DNA of 62,300 bases, the filler included, from Thermodesulfobacteriota bacterium (GTDB taxonomy: Bacteria > DASVDK01), in the NCBI GenBank assembly GCA_036381125.1. It is 7 parts of 7 records of this genome, joined end to end, with 100 filler letters (N's around TTAATTAATTAA, not from the genome) between each part and the next. Parts side by side here need not be neighbours in the genome. Positions count along the whole stretch, not along the records: positions 1 to 13,316 come from DASVDK010000010.1; positions 13,417 to 16,511 come from DASVDK010000013.1; positions 16,612 to 26,298 come from DASVDK010000014.1; 4 more parts are not named here. One strand, written 5' to 3'. This document shows, one piece after another, positions 9,397 to 19,787 of this stretch (its first letter is position 1; the number at the start of each line of letters is the position of its first letter). A model generated the notes under the pieces. It ran no database searches. It was not told the DNA's origin and was given only the letters and a program-made list of their open reading frames with translations. The translations under genes and the position numbers were made by a program.

Positions 9397-10941
9397 ATGC
9401 CCGATGCACGGGAGCGCCTCGCCGAGCTGGCGGCGCAGGCGGAGCAGGGGGGTGGGGAGGAGCGGATCGCGCGGCAGCACGCGGCCGGCAAGCTGACGGC
9501 CCGCGAGCGGATCCGCCGTCTCCTCGACGAGGGCTCCTTCGTCGAGCTCGACCGCTTCGTCCGTCACCGCACGACCGACTTCGGCATGGATGCCCAGCGC
9601 CCGCTCGGCGACGGCGTCGTCACCGGTCACGGCACCATCGGGGGCCGGACGGTCTTCGTCTTCGCGCAGGACTTCACGGTCTTCGGCGGCGCGCTCTCCA
9701 TGGCGCACGCCGAGAAGATCTGCAAGGTCATGGACCTGGCGATGAAGGTGGGGGCGCCGATCATCGGCCTCAACGACTCGGGCGGCGCCCGCATCCAGGA
9801 GGGGGTCGTCTCGCTCGCGGGCTACGCGGACATCTTCCTGCGCAACACCCTCGCCTCGGGCGTCGTCCCGCAGATCTCCGCCATCATGGGGCCCTGCGCC
9901 GGCGGCGCCGTCTACTCGCCCGCCATCACCGACTTCATCGTCATGGTGAAGGGGACCTCGTACATGTTCGTGACGGGGCCCGAGGTCATCAAGACGGTGA
10001 CGCACGAGACGGTCACGATGGAGCGGCTCGGGGGGGCCGACACGCACAACGAGGTCTCCGGCGTGGCGCACTTCGCGGCCGAGGACGACGACGACTGCCT
10101 CGCCCTCATCCGTCAGATCCTCTCCTACCTCCCCTCGAACAACATGGAGGACCCCCCGGTCGTCCCGACGAGCGACGACGCCGGCCGGCGCGATCCGCGC
10201 CTCGCCACGCTCGTCCCCGAGAACCCGAACAAGCCCTACGACATCAAGGCGCTGATCGATCTCGTGGTCGACGAGGGGAGCTTCTTCGAGGTGCACGAGC
10301 GCTTCGCGCAGAACCTGGTCGTCGGCTTCGCGCGGCTCGGGGGCCGGTCGGTCGGCATCGTGGCGAACCAGCCGGCGGTGCTCGCCGGCTGCCTCGACAT
10401 CAACGCCTCCATCAAGGGCGCGCGCTTCGTGCGGTTCTGCGACGCGTTCAACATCCCGCTCGTCACGTTCGAGGACGTGCCGGGCTTCCTGCCCGGCACC
10501 GCGCAGGAGTTCGGCGGGATCATCAAGCACGGCGCCAAGCTGCTCTACGCGTTCGCCGAGGCGACCGTCCCCAAGATCACCGTCATCACGCGCAAGGCCT
10601 ACGGCGGCGCCTACGACGTCATGTCGTCGAAGCACATCCGCGGCGACCTCAACTTCGCCTACCCGACCGCCGAGATCGCCGTGATGGGCCCCGAGGGGGC
10701 GGTGAACATCATCCACCGGCAGCGGCTCAAGGAGGCCGCCGACCCGGAGGCCGAGCGCGCCCGCCTGGTGGCCGAGTACAGGGAGGCCTTCGCCAACCCC
10801 TACAAGGCGGCCGAGCTCGGCTACGTGGACGACGTGATCCTGCCCGAGGACACCCGGCCGGTCCTCATCCGCTCGCTCGCCCTCCTCGCGAACAAGCGCG
10901 ACACGAACCCGCCCAGGAAGCACGGGAACATTCCCCTGTAA
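9397..10941 (+). CDS. pccB: Acyl-CoA carboxylase carboxyltransferase beta subunit (PccB/MmdA family)
   Basis: [39 protein letters not shown] and C-terminal KHGNIPL. Alternative GTG start at 9370. Confidence 0.92.
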   Translation: MPDARERLAELAAQAEQGGGEERIARQHAAGKLTARERIRRLLDEGSFVELDRFVRHRTTDFGMDAQRPLGDGVVTGHGTIGGRTVFVFAQDFTVFGGALSMAHAEKICKVMDLAMKVGAPIIGLNDSGGARIQEGVVSLAGYADIFLRNTLASGVVPQISAIMGPCAGGAVYSPAITDFIVMVKGTSYMFVTGPEVIKTVTHETVTMERLGGADTHNEVSGVAHFAAEDDDDCLALIRQILSYLPSNNMEDPPVVPTSDDAGRRDPRLATLVPENPNKPYDIKALIDLVVDEGSFFEVHERFAQNLVVGFARLGGRSVGIVANQPAVLAGCLDINASIKGARFVRFCDAFNIPLVTFEDVPGFLPGTAQEFGGIIKHGAKLLYAFAEATVPKITVITRKAYGGAYDVMSSKHIRGDLNFAYPTAEIAVMGPEGAVNIIHRQRLKEAADPEAERARLVAEYREAFANPYKAAELGYVDDVILPEDTRPVLIRSLALLANKRDTNPPRKHGNIPL

Positions 10942-11077
10942 GGGCCGGTCGGGGGGCGCGAGCCCGCGTGGGGGCCGTCGCGCGGCGTCGGGAGCCACGG
11001 ACGGTAGGCCCGCGGCCGGAACGGCGCGGAGGGGCACCCGACGGTGCGGTCAGTCGGAGGGGCGGGCCGACACCAAC

Positions 11078-11203
11078 GGGTTCAGGTCCTTCCGTTTTCC
11101 AATCTGGAAAATGGAAAGACCTGACCCCACGGAAAATGGCAAGGCCTGACCCCCTGGAAAGCGGAAAGGCCTGACCCCCTGGAAAATGGAAAGACCTGAC
11201 CCC
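11078..11203. repeat. REP-like cluster A: one inverted plus four tandem copies of a 23-bp unit (GGAAAATGGAAAGACCTGACCCC), 25-bp period
   Basis: Copies at 11106-11128, 11131-11153, 11156-11178 and 11181-11203. A degenerate inverted copy at 11078-11100 is separated from the first by a 5-nt loop (AATCT). Confidence 0.9.
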
Positions 11204-11232
11204 ACCGGAGGTCGCCGCGGCGACCTCCGGTG
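11203..11232. terminator. Perfect 30-bp palindrome, probable terminator or 3' stabilising hairpin of pal
   Basis: CACCGGAGGTCGCCGCGGCGACCTCCGGTG equals its own reverse complement and lies 13 bp past the pal stop. There is no clear U-tract. Confidence 0.55.
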
Positions 11233-11245
11233 AGGCGAGTGTCGC

Positions 11246-11887
11246 CTACTGGCTCGTGACGACGAACTCGGCGCGGCGGTTCCTGGCCCAGGCCTCCTCG
11301 CCGTGGCCGGGGTCGACGGGCCGCTCCTCGCCGTAGGAGATGGTGGAGAGGCGGCTGCTCGAGATGCCGAGGCTCTCGAGGTAGCGCCTGGCGCTCTCGG
11401 CGCGGCGCTCTCCGAGGGCGAGGTTGTACTGGACGGAGCCGCGCTCGTCGCAGTGCCCCTCGATCTGCACCCGGGCGTTCGGGTTGCGGCGCAGCCACTC
11501 CGCGTTGGCCTCGAGCGTGGCGCGCGCGTCGGGGCGCAGGTCGGCCTTGTCGAAGTCGAAGTACACGGTCTCGAGCCGCGCCCGGCGCTCCGTCTGGGGG
11601 GCCGCCGGCGGTGTCGGCGCCGGGGCTTCGGCCACGGGCGCCGGCGTCGGCTCGGGCGCCTGTGTCGGCGCCGGCGCCACCGGGCTGGGCGGCACCGGGA
11701 CCGGCGTGGGGGCGCTCACGACCGGAGCGGGCGTCGCCTCCGGCGCCGGCGTGGCGGCCGCGGCGGGGGTCGGGGCGAGTTCGGGCGACGTCGTGGTCTG
11801 GGTGCGGCGGGCGCACCCCGTGACGGCGAGCAGGGCGACCAGCACGAGGGCGCCCGGCGCAAGCGGTCGACCGTTCCAGCGGATCAC
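11246..11887 (-). CDS. pal: Peptidoglycan-associated lipoprotein Pal (OmpA-C domain) with long Pro/Ala/Thr linker
   Basis: GTG at 11887 after GGAGGG. Lipobox VTG-C, VYFDFDK, IEGHCDERGSVQYNLALGERRA, ISYGEERP and NRRAEF. Confidence 0.92.
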   Translation of the reverse strand: MIRWNGRPLAPGALVLVALLAVTGCARRTQTTTSPELAPTPAAAATPAPEATPAPVVSAPTPVPVPPSPVAPAPTQAPEPTPAPVAEAPAPTPPAAPQTERRARLETVYFDFDKADLRPDARATLEANAEWLRRNPNARVQIEGHCDERGSVQYNLALGERRAESARRYLESLGISSSRLSTISYGEERPVDPGHGEEAWARNRRAEFVVTSQ

Positions 11888-12029
11888 GATGAAACCCTCC
11901 CTTCCGGCTCGGGTCGCGCGGCACGGATCGAGACCAGAGCCGGCCGTTGGCATCCCGACGAATCGGCCCGTTATAGCCCAACGCCCCCGTCGATTGCAAC
12001 GCCGAAGACATCGTGCTAACTACCTGACC

Positions 12030-13316
<1,287 letters not shown>

Positions 13317-13416
13317 NNNNNNNNNNNNNNNNNNNNNNNNNNNNNNNNNNNNNNNNNNNNTTAATTAATTAANNNNNNNNNNNNNNNNNNNNNNNNNNNN
13401 NNNNNNNNNNNNNNNN
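13317..13416. other. Artificial contig linker
   Basis: 44 N + TTAATTAATTAA (stops in all frames) + 44 N. Confidence 0.99.
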
Positions 13417-14781
13417 GACGCGCGCGACCCGCTCCGGGCCCTCGAGCTGGTCGAGAAGTCGCCCGACCGCGCGGTCTTCCTCTTCCGCGACTTCCACCCG
13501 TTCCTGCAGGACCCCACGGTCGTCCGCAAGCTGCGCGACCTGGCACACAGCCTCAAGGCGAGCCCGAAGACGCTCCTCGTCCTCTCGCCCGTCCTCAAGA
13601 TCCCGCCCGAGGTCGAAAAGGAGGTGGCGGTGGTCGAGTACGGGCTGCCGACGCTCGAGGATCTCGACCCGATCATGGAGGAGGTCATCGAGGGGGTCCG
13701 CGCCGAGCGCAAGGAGGACGTGCAGCTCGACCTCTCGCCCGCCGACCGGGAGGCGATGCTCTCGGCCGCCCTCGGCCTCACCGAGTCGGAGGCGCAGAAC
13801 GTCTTCTCCAAGTCGCTCGTCCAGAAGCGCCGCTTCGACGTCGGCGTGATCCTCTCCGAGAAGGAGCAGATCATCCGCAAGTCGGGGATCCTCGAGTACT
13901 ACCGCCACTCCGAGGCGTTCGAGGACGTGGGCGGCCTCGAGGCGCTCAAGACCTGGCTCGCCAAGCGGACGCGGGCCTTCACGAAGGAAGCCCGGGAGTT
14001 CGGCCTCCCGCAGCCGCGCGGCATCCTCCTCATCGGCGTGCCGGGCTGCGGCAAGTCGCTGACGGCCAAGGCGGTCGGTCAGCTCTGGCGCCTGCCGATC
14101 CTCAGGCTCGACGTGGGGAAGGTCTTCGCGGGCCTCGTCGGGTCGTCCGAGGAGAACATGCGCAAGGCCATCCGGACGGCCGAGGCGGTGGCGCCGGCCA
14201 TCCTCTGGCTCGACGAGCTCGAGAAGGGCTTCTCGGGCACGCAGTCCTCGGGCGTGTCGGACGGCGGGACCACCGCGCGGGTGTTCGGGTCGTTCGTCAC
14301 CTGGCTGCAGGAGAAGACGAGCCCGGTCTTCGTCATCGCCACCGCCAACAACGTCTCGCTCCTCCCCCCCGAACTCCTGCGAAAGGGACGCTTCGACGAG
14401 ATCTTCTTCGTCGACCTCCCGACGCTCGAGGAGCGCGAGTCGATCATCCGCATCCACCTCGAGAAGCGCGGGCGGGACCCGGAGCGCTTCGAGTTGACGG
14501 AGCTTGCCGTCTACTCGGAGGGCTTCAGCGGCGCCGAGATCGAGCAGGCCATCGTGTCGGCGCTCTACGACGCCTTCGACGAGGGGGCCAGGCCACTGAC
14601 GACGGCCGACGTCCGTGCGAGCTTCGAGGAAACGGTGCCCCTGTCGCAGACCATGAGCGAGGAGATCGCCGAGCTGCGGGAGTGGGCGAGCCGGCGCGCA
14701 CGGCCGGCCTCGGCGATCACGCGCCGGCGCGCGGCCTCGAACGGCGGGGAGCCGCGTCGGGCCCGTCAGCTCGATCTCTGA
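13417..14781 (+). CDS. Ycf46-like AAA+ ATPase (5' truncated)
   Basis: Frame is open from the contig start (…[11 protein letters not shown]…, typical of the Ycf46 N-domain). Walker A GVPGCGKS, Walker [26 protein letters not shown] and [10 protein letters not shown]. Confidence 0.88.
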   Translation, partial: DARDPLRALELVEKSPDRAVFLFRDFHPFLQDPTVVRKLRDLAHSLKASPKTLLVLSPVLKIPPEVEKEVAVVEYGLPTLEDLDPIMEEVIEGVRAERKEDVQLDLSPADREAMLSAALGLTESEAQNVFSKSLVQKRRFDVGVILSEKEQIIRKSGILEYYRHSEAFEDVGGLEALKTWLAKRTRAFTKEAREFGLPQPRGILLIGVPGCGKSLTAKAVGQLWRLPILRLDVGKVFAGLVGSSEENMRKAIRTAEAVAPAILWLDELEKGFSGTQSSGVSDGGTTARVFGSFVTWLQEKTSPVFVIATANNVSLLPPELLRKGRFDEIFFVDLPTLEERESIIRIHLEKRGRDPERFELTELAVYSEGFSGAEIEQAIVSALYDAFDEGARPLTTADVRASFEETVPLSQTMSEEIAELREWASRRARPASAITRRRAASNGGEPRRARQLDL

Positions 14782-14800
14782 CGCGATAGGAGCGAGAACC

Positions 14801-15190
14801 ATGTCCCACTTCACGACCGTCAAGACGAAGATCACGGACCTCGACGCGCTCCGGGCGGCGCTGGCGGACCTCGGCTACGCGGTCGTCGAGGGCGAGACGC
14901 AGATCCGCGGCTGGCGCAACACGTCCCAGTCGGTCGACGTCGCGGCGCGACTCGGCGCCTTCGACATCGGCTTCCGCCGGGGCGGCGACGGCACGTACGA
15001 CGCCGTCGCCGACTGGTGGGGCGTCAAGACGTACGAGGGGCTCTCGCAGGCCGACTTCATGCGGCGGGTGACCCAGCGCTACGCCTACCACAAGGTCGTC
15101 GGCGAGGCGAGCCGCCAGGGCTACACCGTCGTGGAAGAGCAGAACGAGGCGGATCAGTCGATCCGACTCGTGGTGCGACGATGGGCATGA
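14801..15190 (+). CDS. DUF1257 (Ycf35-like) protein
   Basis: MSHFTTVKT start, DIGF...YDAVADWW, QRYAY and IRLVVRRW end. Lies directly after a Ycf46-like ATPase. Confidence 0.88.
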   Translation: MSHFTTVKTKITDLDALRAALADLGYAVVEGETQIRGWRNTSQSVDVAARLGAFDIGFRRGGDGTYDAVADWWGVKTYEGLSQADFMRRVTQRYAYHKVVGEASRQGYTVVEEQNEADQSIRLVVRRWA

Positions 15191-15299
15191 CGAGGGGCCC
15201 CCGCCGGCGAACGGCCGACGGGGTCCGGGGCGCGAGCCCCGGGAGAGCGGAGGGCCGGCTCCGCCGGCCCGGAGCGGATGCCCGCCGGCGGGGGATCGA

Positions 15300-15518
15300 A
15301 TGACCGCGCGCAAGCAGGAGATCGAGGTCACCATCTCGCCCGACGGGCAGGTGAGCCTCCGGCCGAAGGGGATCAAGGGCGCCGACTGCCTGGACCTCAC
15401 GCGCGCCATCGAGGAGGCGGTGGGCGAGGTGGAGCGGCGCGAGTTCACCTCCGAGTACTACGAGCGGAGCGTCGGCATCGATGCGCACGTGCGCGGGCGG
15501 TCAGGCGGCGAGGCGTAG
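15300..15518 (+). CDS. DUF2997 family protein
   Basis: IEVTISPDGQV...GIKGADCLDLTRAIEEAVG...TSEYY pattern, in the usual neighbourhood of DUF1257. Confidence 0.85.
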   Translation: MTARKQEIEVTISPDGQVSLRPKGIKGADCLDLTRAIEEAVGEVERREFTSEYYERSVGIDAHVRGRSGGEA

Positions 15519-16511
15519 GGGCCGGCTCGTCGCCATCTGGCTCGGCCTCCTCCTGGGAGTCGCCGGGCCGACTCCGGCTCGGGCCGCCGAGCCGGCAGCC
15601 GCGCAGGTGACCGTCGAGGCCGTCTGGCCTCCGGCCGGCGCCAGGCTCGCCGAGCCGCTGGTCGGTCCGTCCGCCGTGGTGCTCGACCGCGCCGGCCGCG
15701 TCTGGGTGGCCGAGCCGCAGGCCGATCGCGTGATCCGGCTGCCCGACCCGGCGGCCGGCACCCCTCGCATCGCCACGCCGGACGGGGTGCTGCGCCGTCC
15801 CCTGGGCGTCGCCGCGGCGCCCGACGGCACCCTCCTCGTCGCCGACACCGGCAACCACCGCATCGTCCGCCTTGCGCCCGACGGGCGGATCGTCGCCACC
15901 TACGGCGGCCCGGGTAAGGACCCCGGCGAGTTCGAGCGGCCGTCCGCCGTCGCCGCGGCGCCCGACGGCACCTTCCTTGTCGCCGACACCGGCAACCACC
16001 GCGTCCAGCGGCTCGACCCGGCCGGGAGGCCGCTTTCGACCATGGGACGCCTCGGCAGCGGCCCCGGCGACCTGGTCGAGCCGGCGGGCATCGCGGTCGC
16101 GCCCGACGGCCGGATCGCGGTGGCCGACACCGGCAACCACCGGATCGTCCTCCTCGCACCCGACGGCGAGCCGCTGGCCGTGGTGGGGCGCCCCGGGCGC
16201 GGCGCCGACGGTCTCCTGCGGCCGACCGGCCTGGCGTACGCGCCGGACGGCGCCCTCTGGATCGCCGACACCGGCAACCACCGCCTCGTGCGAACGGACG
16301 GCGAGCGGTTCCTCGCCCGCATCGGCAAGCTCGGCCGCGGCCCGGGCGAACTGCAGGAGCCCTCGGGCCTCGCCGTCGCGCCGAACGGCGATCTCCTCGT
16401 CGCCGATACGGCCAACGACCGGATCCAGCGGCTCCGGGTCTCCCCGGCCGCCCTCGCGGCGGCGGAAGGGGCGACGCTCGCCGCGGCGGGCCGCCCCGAC
16501 CTCGCCGTCCC
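15481..16511 (+). CDS. Secreted NHL-repeat beta-propeller protein (3' truncated)
   Basis: Hydrophobic N-terminus with ARA-A cleavage-like site and about six repeats of P-x-G/A-(V/I)A-x-x-PDG-x-x-x-VADTGNHR. Exact start uncertain. Confidence 0.85.
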
Positions 16512-16611
16512 NNNNNNNNNNNNNNNNNNNNNNNNNNNNNNNNNNNNNNNNNNNNTTAATTAATTAANNNNNNNNNNNNNNNNNNNNNNNNNNNNNNNNN
16601 NNNNNNNNNNN
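16512..16611. other. Artificial contig linker
   Basis: N-run with central TTAATTAATTAA. Confidence 0.99.
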
Positions 16612-16638
16612 GCTCGCCCGCATCGTCCGGCGCGGATC

Positions 16639-16654
16639 GGGCATGCCGGCTGCA
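16639..16654 (+). promoter_or_regulatory. Candidate sigma54 (-24/-12) promoter
   Basis: GGGCATGCCGGCTGCA: GG-N10-GC with a GGCAT core, about 30-70 bp upstream of the possible starts of the next ORF. Confidence 0.45.
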
Positions 16655-16686
16655 TAGTCCCCGCTCATCGCGTCTTCCCGGGAGGG

Positions 16687-17361
16687 TTGACGGGGCGTGC
16701 CGTGCCGTGTGCACGATGGGCGGCGATGGGGCTCCTGTCCGCCGGAGCGATCTGTCTCGTCCCCTCACCGCTGCACGCATCCCTGGCCGACGTCTTCGTC
16801 CCGGGACCGCGCGTCGACCTCGCCATCGAACTCGACTATCGCACGCGGTTCCTCAGCCCGGGTGCCGCGACGGCGGCGTCGGCGGCCGCCGGGGGGATCG
16901 GGCGTGAACGGCTCGACGACTCGCGCGCACGCGTGGCGCGCGCCTACCTCGACCGCCTCGGCGACGAGCTCGCCGACGAGCTGATCGAGCAGGTCCCGCT
17001 GCTGAGCCTCCTCGAGGCCCGGTACCGCCGGCACGCCAGCCTGAGGCTCGCGGGCGACGACCCCGACGCGGCGGACGAGACGCTCGCGTCCGTGATGCCG
17101 CACGCGGAGCCTGGGGTCGACGACCGGTTCTCGCTGCGCCTTCGCGTGAACGCCATCGGGGACGGCTTCGATCTCGCCCCGGGCCTCCACCTCGTGCGGG
17201 GCCTCCTCGAGTGGCGCCTCGCCTACCGGCCCTTCACCGAGCGGATCGAGATGACGGCCCGGCGCCCCCTCTCCGACCGCCTGACCCTGGAACTCACCGG
17301 CGGCCAGTCCACCACCCGCGGCGGCCCCGAGGTCCGGCTCGACCTCACCTGGAGCTTCTGA
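16687..17361 (+). CDS. Hypothetical exported protein with C-terminal beta-strands ending in Phe (possible outer-membrane protein)
   Basis: Signal-like N-terminus (LHA-S), alternating-residue strands and C-terminal VRLDLTWSF. Start uncertain (TTG 16687 or ATG 16726). Confidence 0.55.
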   Translation: MTGRAVPCARWAAMGLLSAGAICLVPSPLHASLADVFVPGPRVDLAIELDYRTRFLSPGAATAASAAAGGIGRERLDDSRARVARAYLDRLGDELADELIEQVPLLSLLEARYRRHASLRLAGDDPDAADETLASVMPHAEPGVDDRFSLRLRVNAIGDGFDLAPGLHLVRGLLEWRLAYRPFTERIEMTARRPLSDRLTLELTGGQSTTRGGPEVRLDLTWSF

Positions 17362-17373
17362 CCGGATCGGGCC

Positions 17374-18672
17374 TCAACGCCCGCCGGTGTGGAAAATGGA
17401 AAGACCTGACCCCATGGAAAATGGAAAGACCTGACCCCGCGAGTGCGCGACGGCGGCCTCGTAGGCCTCGAGCTGGCGCGGGACGATGCGCGGCCAGGCG
17501 AAGCGGTCGACGACGACGCGGCGGCCGGCCTCGGCGAGCGAGGCGGCGAGGCCGGGGTCGGCGAGGACCCTCAGGGTCTCCCGGGTGAACGCGGCGGCGT
17601 CGTCGGCGGCGAGGTAGTGGCGCCCTGGCTCGAGGTCGAGCCCCTCGCAGCCGAGCGTCGTGGCGACCACCGGCGTCCTCGCGGCCAGGGCGTCGAGCAC
17701 CTTGAGCCGCGTGCCGCCGCCGTCGAGGATGGGGCAGACGAAGGCGGCCGCGCGCGCGAAGGCCGGCGCGACGTCCGGCACCTGACCGGCCAGGACGATC
17801 CGGGGGTCGACCGACGCCGCCCGGCGCAGGTCCGGCGGCGGGTCGCTGCCGACGACCGTGAGTCGGGCATCGCCGCGCGACGCGCGTACGGCCGGCCAGA
17901 CCTCGCGCAGGAACCAGCGCAGGCCGTTCGCGTTGGGGAACCACGAGAGCCCGCCGACGAAGAGGAGGTGGCCCGGCTCGGGCGCGCGGCGTACGCGGCC
18001 GAGCCGCGCGGGGTCGGTCCCGTTGGGCACGACGGCCAGCCGGGCGCCGGGCGCCACGGCCGACAGCCGGCCGGCGTCGAGCGCCGAGCAGACGAGGTTC
18101 ACGGCGGCGGCCCGCGCGTAGCGCCGCTCGAGCGCGGCGAGCTTGGCCGCCTCGGCCGCGAGGTAGAGCCGGGCCGGCCCCGGACGCGTCGCCGCGGCGC
18201 GGCGCGCGGCGAGGTGCGACTCGACGTTGTGGTGGTCGAGGGCGACCGGGACGCCCGGCACGAGGTCCGCGTGCGGCGCGAGTCCGATCGTGTCGACGTG
18301 GACCAGGTCGAACCGGGTCGCCGCCGCGGCGCGGGCGACCGCCGCGGCGAAGGCGCGGGAGGCGAAGCGGCGCGCCATGAACGGCCGTGTCGAGAGCCCG
18401 GCCGCGAGGAGCGCCGCCGCGCGGGCGGCGCGCGACCGGTCGGACGGCAGGTTGCAGACGACGACCTCGCGGCAGCGCGACTCGAGCACGCGCACCGCCG
18501 CCGCCACCTCCTCTTGCGTCCGCAGCAGGGCCCGCTGCGTGAAGCTCACGAGGGTGACCTCGTGCGCGGCCGCCGCGCCGGCGAGGAGGTGGGACGCCCG
18601 CTGGAGGGCGCCGCTCACCGGCGGGTGCGGCAGCATGTGCGACAGCCACAGGATCCTCAGGCGCCGGCTCAC
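17374..18672 (-). CDS. Glycosyltransferase family 4
   Basis: GTG at 18672 overlaps the upstream TGA. RILWLSHMLPHPP, LDHHNVES, FVGGLSWFPN, GGGTRLKVLDAL and VVATTLGCEGL. Confidence 0.88.
   Translation of the reverse strand: MSRRLRILWLSHMLPHPPVSGALQRASHLLAGAAAAHEVTLVSFTQRALLRTQEEVAAAVRVLESRCREVVVCNLPSDRSRAARAAALLAAGLSTRPFMARRFASRAFAAAVARAAAATRFDLVHVDTIGLAPHADLVPGVPVALDHHNVESHLAARRAAATRPGPARLYLAAEAAKLAALERRYARAAAVNLVCSALDAGRLSAVAPGARLAVVPNGTDPARLGRVRRAPEPGHLLFVGGLSWFPNANGLRWFLREVWPAVRASRGDARLTVVGSDPPPDLRRAASVDPRIVLAGQVPDVAPAFARAAAFVCPILDGGGTRLKVLDALAARTPVVATTLGCEGLDLEPGRHYLAADDAAAFTRETLRVLADPGLAASLAEAGRRVVVDRFAWPRIVPRQLEAYEAAVAHSRGQVFPFSMGSGLSIFHTGGR
17391..17438. repeat. REP-like cluster B: two perfect tandem 23-bp units
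   Basis: GGAAAATGGAAAGACCTGACCCC at 17391-17413 and 17416-17438, with a highly degenerate inverted arm just upstream. Overlaps the 3' end of a GT4 gene. Confidence 0.9.
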
Positions 18673-19787
18673 GCCGCGGCCCTCGTCGACGCGAGCCGGC
18701 GATAGAGGGCGACGTAGCGCGGGCCGGTCGCGTCGATCGTGAAGGCCTCCGCGACGCGCCGCCGCGCCGCCGCGCCGAGCGCGGCCCGCGCGTCGGCGTC
18801 GGTTGCGAGCGCCAGGCAGGCGTCGGCGAGCGCGCGCGGGTCCCCGGGCGGCACGAGGCGCCCCTCGATGCCGTCGCGCACGACCTCCGGCACGCCCCCG
18901 ACCCGGCTCGCCACGACCGGCCGCCCCCCGGCCATCGCCTCGAGCAGCGACATCGGGAGCCCCTCGGCGAGCGACGGCAGGACGAAGACGTCCATGGCCG
19001 CGAGCCAGCGCGGCACGTCGGGCCGATGGCCCACGAACCAGGTCCGGCCTGCGAGGCCGAGGGCGGCCGCGCGCGCCTCGAGCGGCGCGCGGAGGGGGCC
19101 GTCGCCGACGACGAGCAGGCGGACGTCCGGGACGGCGTCGGACAGCAGGCGCACCGCCTCGAGCAGGATGTCGAGCCCCTTGACCGGGACGAGCCGCGCC
19201 GCGGTGCCGAGCACGACGCCGCCCGGCGTCCCGGCCGGCCAGCGCGGCCGATCGGCCGGCACGGCCTCGGGCAGCCGGATGCCGTTCGGGATCAGGCAGA
19301 TCGAGGGCCCGATGCGGGGCGCCAGGCGCCGCGCCATGTCCGCCGACACCGCCACGACGGTCTGGCGGCGGCCGCGGATCACCGCGTGGTCGAGCGCCGT
19401 GTAGAGGTCCATCTTGAGCCGGGCGAAGCCGGTGTAGCGCTCCGTCAGGCCGTGCACGGTGCACACCGCGGCCGGCACGCCGGCCGCGGCGGCCGCGAGG
19501 CCGCCGAGGATGTTCTCCTTGTAGCGGTGGGTGTGGACGACGTCGGGACGGAGCCGCCGCAGGGTCCGCACCAGCCGGCCGAGGATCGCGACCGCGCCGA
19601 GCCGCGTCTCGTCGATCACCGTCACCGGCACGTCCGCCTCGCGCAGGCGGCGCGCGAGCTCCCGGTCGTTCAGCACGACGGCGTGTACGTCGAGCGCGGG
19701 GTCGCGCCGGAGGAAGTCGAGGAGGGTGAAGACCTGGACCTCCGCGCCGGCCCAGAGGTCGCCCGAGGCGATGTGCACGACCCTCAT
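18669..19787 (-). CDS. Glycosyltransferase family 4
   Basis: ATG at 19787 (ATGA overlap). WAGAEVQV, VVHTH, ARLVPVKG and FVLPSLAEGLPMSLLEAMAGG. Confidence 0.9.
   Translation of the reverse strand: MRVVHIASGDLWAGAEVQVFTLLDFLRRDPALDVHAVVLNDRELARRLREADVPVTVIDETRLGAVAILGRLVRTLRRLRPDVVHTHRYKENILGGLAAAAAGVPAAVCTVHGLTERYTGFARLKMDLYTALDHAVIRGRRQTVVAVSADMARRLAPRIGPSICLIPNGIRLPEAVPADRPRWPAGTPGGVVLGTAARLVPVKGLDILLEAVRLLSDAVPDVRLLVVGDGPLRAPLEARAAALGLAGRTWFVGHRPDVPRWLAAMDVFVLPSLAEGLPMSLLEAMAGGRPVVASRVGGVPEVVRDGIEGRLVPPGDPRALADACLALATDADARAALGAAARRRVAEAFTIDATGPRYVALYRRLASTRAAA

Noticed and set aside
11078-11203. Tandem 23-bp repeats as a CRISPR array
   Set aside because: Units are separated by only 2-5 nt, occur in both orientations, have no unique spacers, and no cas genes are present.
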